The notes under the pieces: model-generated
The model's input: the letters and a program-made list of their open reading frames with translations, nothing else
What the model was told of the DNA's origin: nothing
The model's database searches: none
Position numbers and translations under genes: made by a program
In this document: one piece after another, positions 34,970-36,971 of the stretch
Position numbering within the stretch: the first letter of the stretch is position 1
Layout: each line of letters begins with the position of its first letter
Assembly (NCBI GenBank): GCA_018065295.1
Contig: JAGHTQ010000177.1
Location: forward strand, 1-36,971
DNA: 36,971 nt
Direction: 5' to 3'
From: Candidatus Colimonas fimequi
Lineage (GTDB): Bacteria > Bacillota > Clostridia > Peptostreptococcales > Anaerovoracaceae

Positions 34970-36904
34970 TTAGTACAGCTTAGCGCCAGCTGGAATGTGG
35001 TTGTCAACCATGATCAGGTGAAGCTTCTCTTCGCCTTCTTCGTTGTGTACTGCTGACAGCAGCATACCGCATGATTCGATTCCCATCATTGCTCTTGGTG
35101 GCAGGTTAGTGATTGCAACTAATGTCTTGCCAACCAGTTCTTCTGGTTCATAGAAGTCATGGATACCTGACAGGATAGTTCTGTCTTCGCCAGTACCGTC
35201 ATCCAGTGTGAACTGGAGCAGCTTCTTTGACTTCTTAACTGCTTCACAAGCCTTAACCTTAACAGCTCTGAAGTCTGACTTGCTGAATGTTTCGAAGTCT
35301 ACTGATTCTTCGAACATTGGCTCGATTTCAACCTTAGAGAAGTCGATAACTTCTTCTGCAGCTGCAGCCTGTGCATCGTTATTCTTAGCGTTCTTCTTAG
35401 CGCCGCCATCAAGACTCTTCATTGTTGGGAAGAGGAGTACGTCTCTGATTGCCTGGCTGTCAGTCAGGAGCATTACGAGACGGTCAATACCATAGCCGAT
35501 ACCGCCTGTAGGTGGCATACCGATTTCAAGTGCGTTGAGGAAGTCTTCGTCAGTGTGGTTAGCTTCTTCATCGCCTGCTTCAAATGCAGCATCCTGTGCA
35601 GCGAATCTTTCTCTCTGGTCGATAGGGTCGTTAAGTTCTGAATATGCGTTACACATTTCCCAAGTGTTGATGAACAGTTCGAAACGTTCAACCTTAGTTG
35701 GGTCTGAAGGCATCTTCTTAGTCAGTGGTGAAATTGCAAGTGGGTGATCCATTACGAATGTAGGCTGGATCAGGTTAGCTTCGCAGAATTCTTCGAAGAA
35801 TGCGTTAATGATTTCACCCTTACCGTGATAATCTTCGTATTCTACTTCGTGCTTGTCAGCCAGAGCCTTAGCTTCTTCGTCAGTTTCAATCTGGTCGAAG
35901 TCAATGCCTGTGTACTTCTTGATGCAGTCATTCATTGAGATTCTCTCGAATGGCTTGCTCATGTCGATTGTAATTCCGTTGTATTCGATTACTGGGCTGC
36001 CAACAACTGTCTCAGCAAGATATCTGAACATGCTCTCTGTCAGTTCCATCATACCTTCGTAATCAGTGTATGCCTGATACAGTTCCATCAGTGTGAATTC
36101 TGGATTGTGTCTAGTATCAACGCCTTCGTTTCTGAATACTCTACCGATTTCGTAAACTCTTTCAAGTCCGCCAACAATAAGTCTCTTCAGGTACAGTTCC
36201 AGTGAAATTCTCAGCTTAACGTCTTCATCCAGTGCATTGTAGTGTGTATCAAATGGTCTAGCTGCTGCGCCGCCAGCGTTTGATACCAGCATTGGAGTTT
36301 CAACTTCCATGAAGTCTCTTCCGTCCAGGAAGTTTCTGATCTCCTTGATGATCTTTGATCTCTTGATGAATACTTCCTTAGAATCAGCATTCATGATCAG
36401 GTCAACGTATCTCTGACGATATCTTGTATCTGTGTTTGTCAGACCGTGGAACTTCTCTGGGAGAATCTGAAGGCTCTTAGTCATCAGTGTCAGTTCCTTA
36501 GCGTGAATTGAAATTTCACCAGTCTTAGTCTTAAATACTTCGCCTCTAACGCCGATGATGTCACCAACGTCGTACTTCTTGAAGCCCTGATATTCTTCTG
36601 TTCCGATGTCGTCTCTAGCAACATAAACCTGGATGTTGCCCTTAAGGTCCTGTACGTTACAGAATGAAGCCTTACCCATAACACGCTTAGACATCATTCT
36701 ACCTGCAATCTGTACTTCCTGACCTTCCAGTGCATCGTAGTTCTCCTTAACGTCTACACTGTGATGAGTCTGGTCATACTTAGTGATTACGAATGGGTCC
36801 TTACCTGCAGCCTGGAGATCTGCGAGCTTCTCTCTTCTAACTTTTCTCAGCTGGTTCAGGTCTGGTTCCTGACCCTTCTGCTGATTATTCTTAACGTCTG
36901 CCAT
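34970..36904 (-). CDS. lysS: Class II lysyl-tRNA synthetase with a C-terminal Trbp111/MetG-C-like tRNA-binding domain
   Basis: [51 protein letters not shown]; tail DFRAVKV...KLLQFTLD...RTILSGI...[17 protein letters not shown]. Confidence 0.98.
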   Translation of the reverse strand: MADVKNNQQKGQEPDLNQLRKVRREKLADLQAAGKDPFVITKYDQTHHSVDVKENYDALEGQEVQIAGRMMSKRVMGKASFCNVQDLKGNIQVYVARDDIGTEEYQGFKKYDVGDIIGVRGEVFKTKTGEISIHAKELTLMTKSLQILPEKFHGLTNTDTRYRQRYVDLIMNADSKEVFIKRSKIIKEIRNFLDGRDFMEVETPMLVSNAGGAAARPFDTHYNALDEDVKLRISLELYLKRLIVGGLERVYEIGRVFRNEGVDTRHNPEFTLMELYQAYTDYEGMMELTESMFRYLAETVVGSPVIEYNGITIDMSKPFERISMNDCIKKYTGIDFDQIETDEEAKALADKHEVEYEDYHGKGEIINAFFEEFCEANLIQPTFVMDHPLAISPLTKKMPSDPTKVERFELFINTWEMCNAYSELNDPIDQRERFAAQDAAFEAGDEEANHTDEDFLNALEIGMPPTGGIGYGIDRLVMLLTDSQAIRDVLLFPTMKSLDGGAKKNAKNNDAQAAAAEEVIDFSKVEIEPMFEESVDFETFSKSDFRAVKVKACEAVKKSKKLLQFTLDDGTGEDRTILSGIHDFYEPEELVGKTLVAITNLPPRAMMGIESCGMLLSAVHNEEGEEKLHLIMVDNHIPAGAKLY

Positions 36905-36971
36905 TGTCTCTCCTCGTCCTCTAATTTGTATTCTTAATCTGCTATCTCTCGATTATCTCTCGATCTTGATG

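Noticed and set aside
1-36971. Complete TAG reassignment; CRISPR, tRNA, IS or prophage; many short antisense ORFs
   Set aside because: TAG ends asnS, the EF-G paralog, rpoN and sbcC at their expected C-termini. No repeat-spacer array, cloverleaf, transposase or phage gene was seen. The antisense ORFs shadow real genes and lack RBSs or motifs.

Overview
A 37-kb chromosomal segment from an anaerobic Firmicute (Clostridia-like, judged from gene order and strong AGGAG RBSs; inference). The housekeeping backbone is mostly on the minus strand: lysS (with a C-terminal tRNA-binding domain), sbcDC, rpoN, asnS, an EF-G paralog, radA and yacL (PIN/TRAM). No rRNA, tRNA, CRISPR array, transposase or integrase is visible. 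Three accessory blocks stand out. (1) 4.2-10.2 kb: an AraC regulator, a glycerol-kinase-like FGGY kinase and a class-V PLP enzyme, divergent from an APC permease and a 46-aa small membrane protein. Both enzymes have active-site substitutions pointing to a carboxyl-free amino-alcohol substrate (candidate serinol/aminopropanediol pathway). This is the best candidate for an undescribed system. (2) 10.3-11.9 kb: a flavin reductase-desulfoferrodoxin fusion plus rubrerythrin, bracketed by two terminators with identical stems. (3) 24.7-33.6 kb: a XpaC/TelA, macro-HTH, VOC, DMP19, vWA, ThiE/ThiF-remnant and macro-SseB-SEL1 stress cluster, in which two genes each carry one in-frame TAG. There is also an antisense sigma-54 site over the rpoN promoter. 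All calls come from reading motifs by eye; no database search was run.
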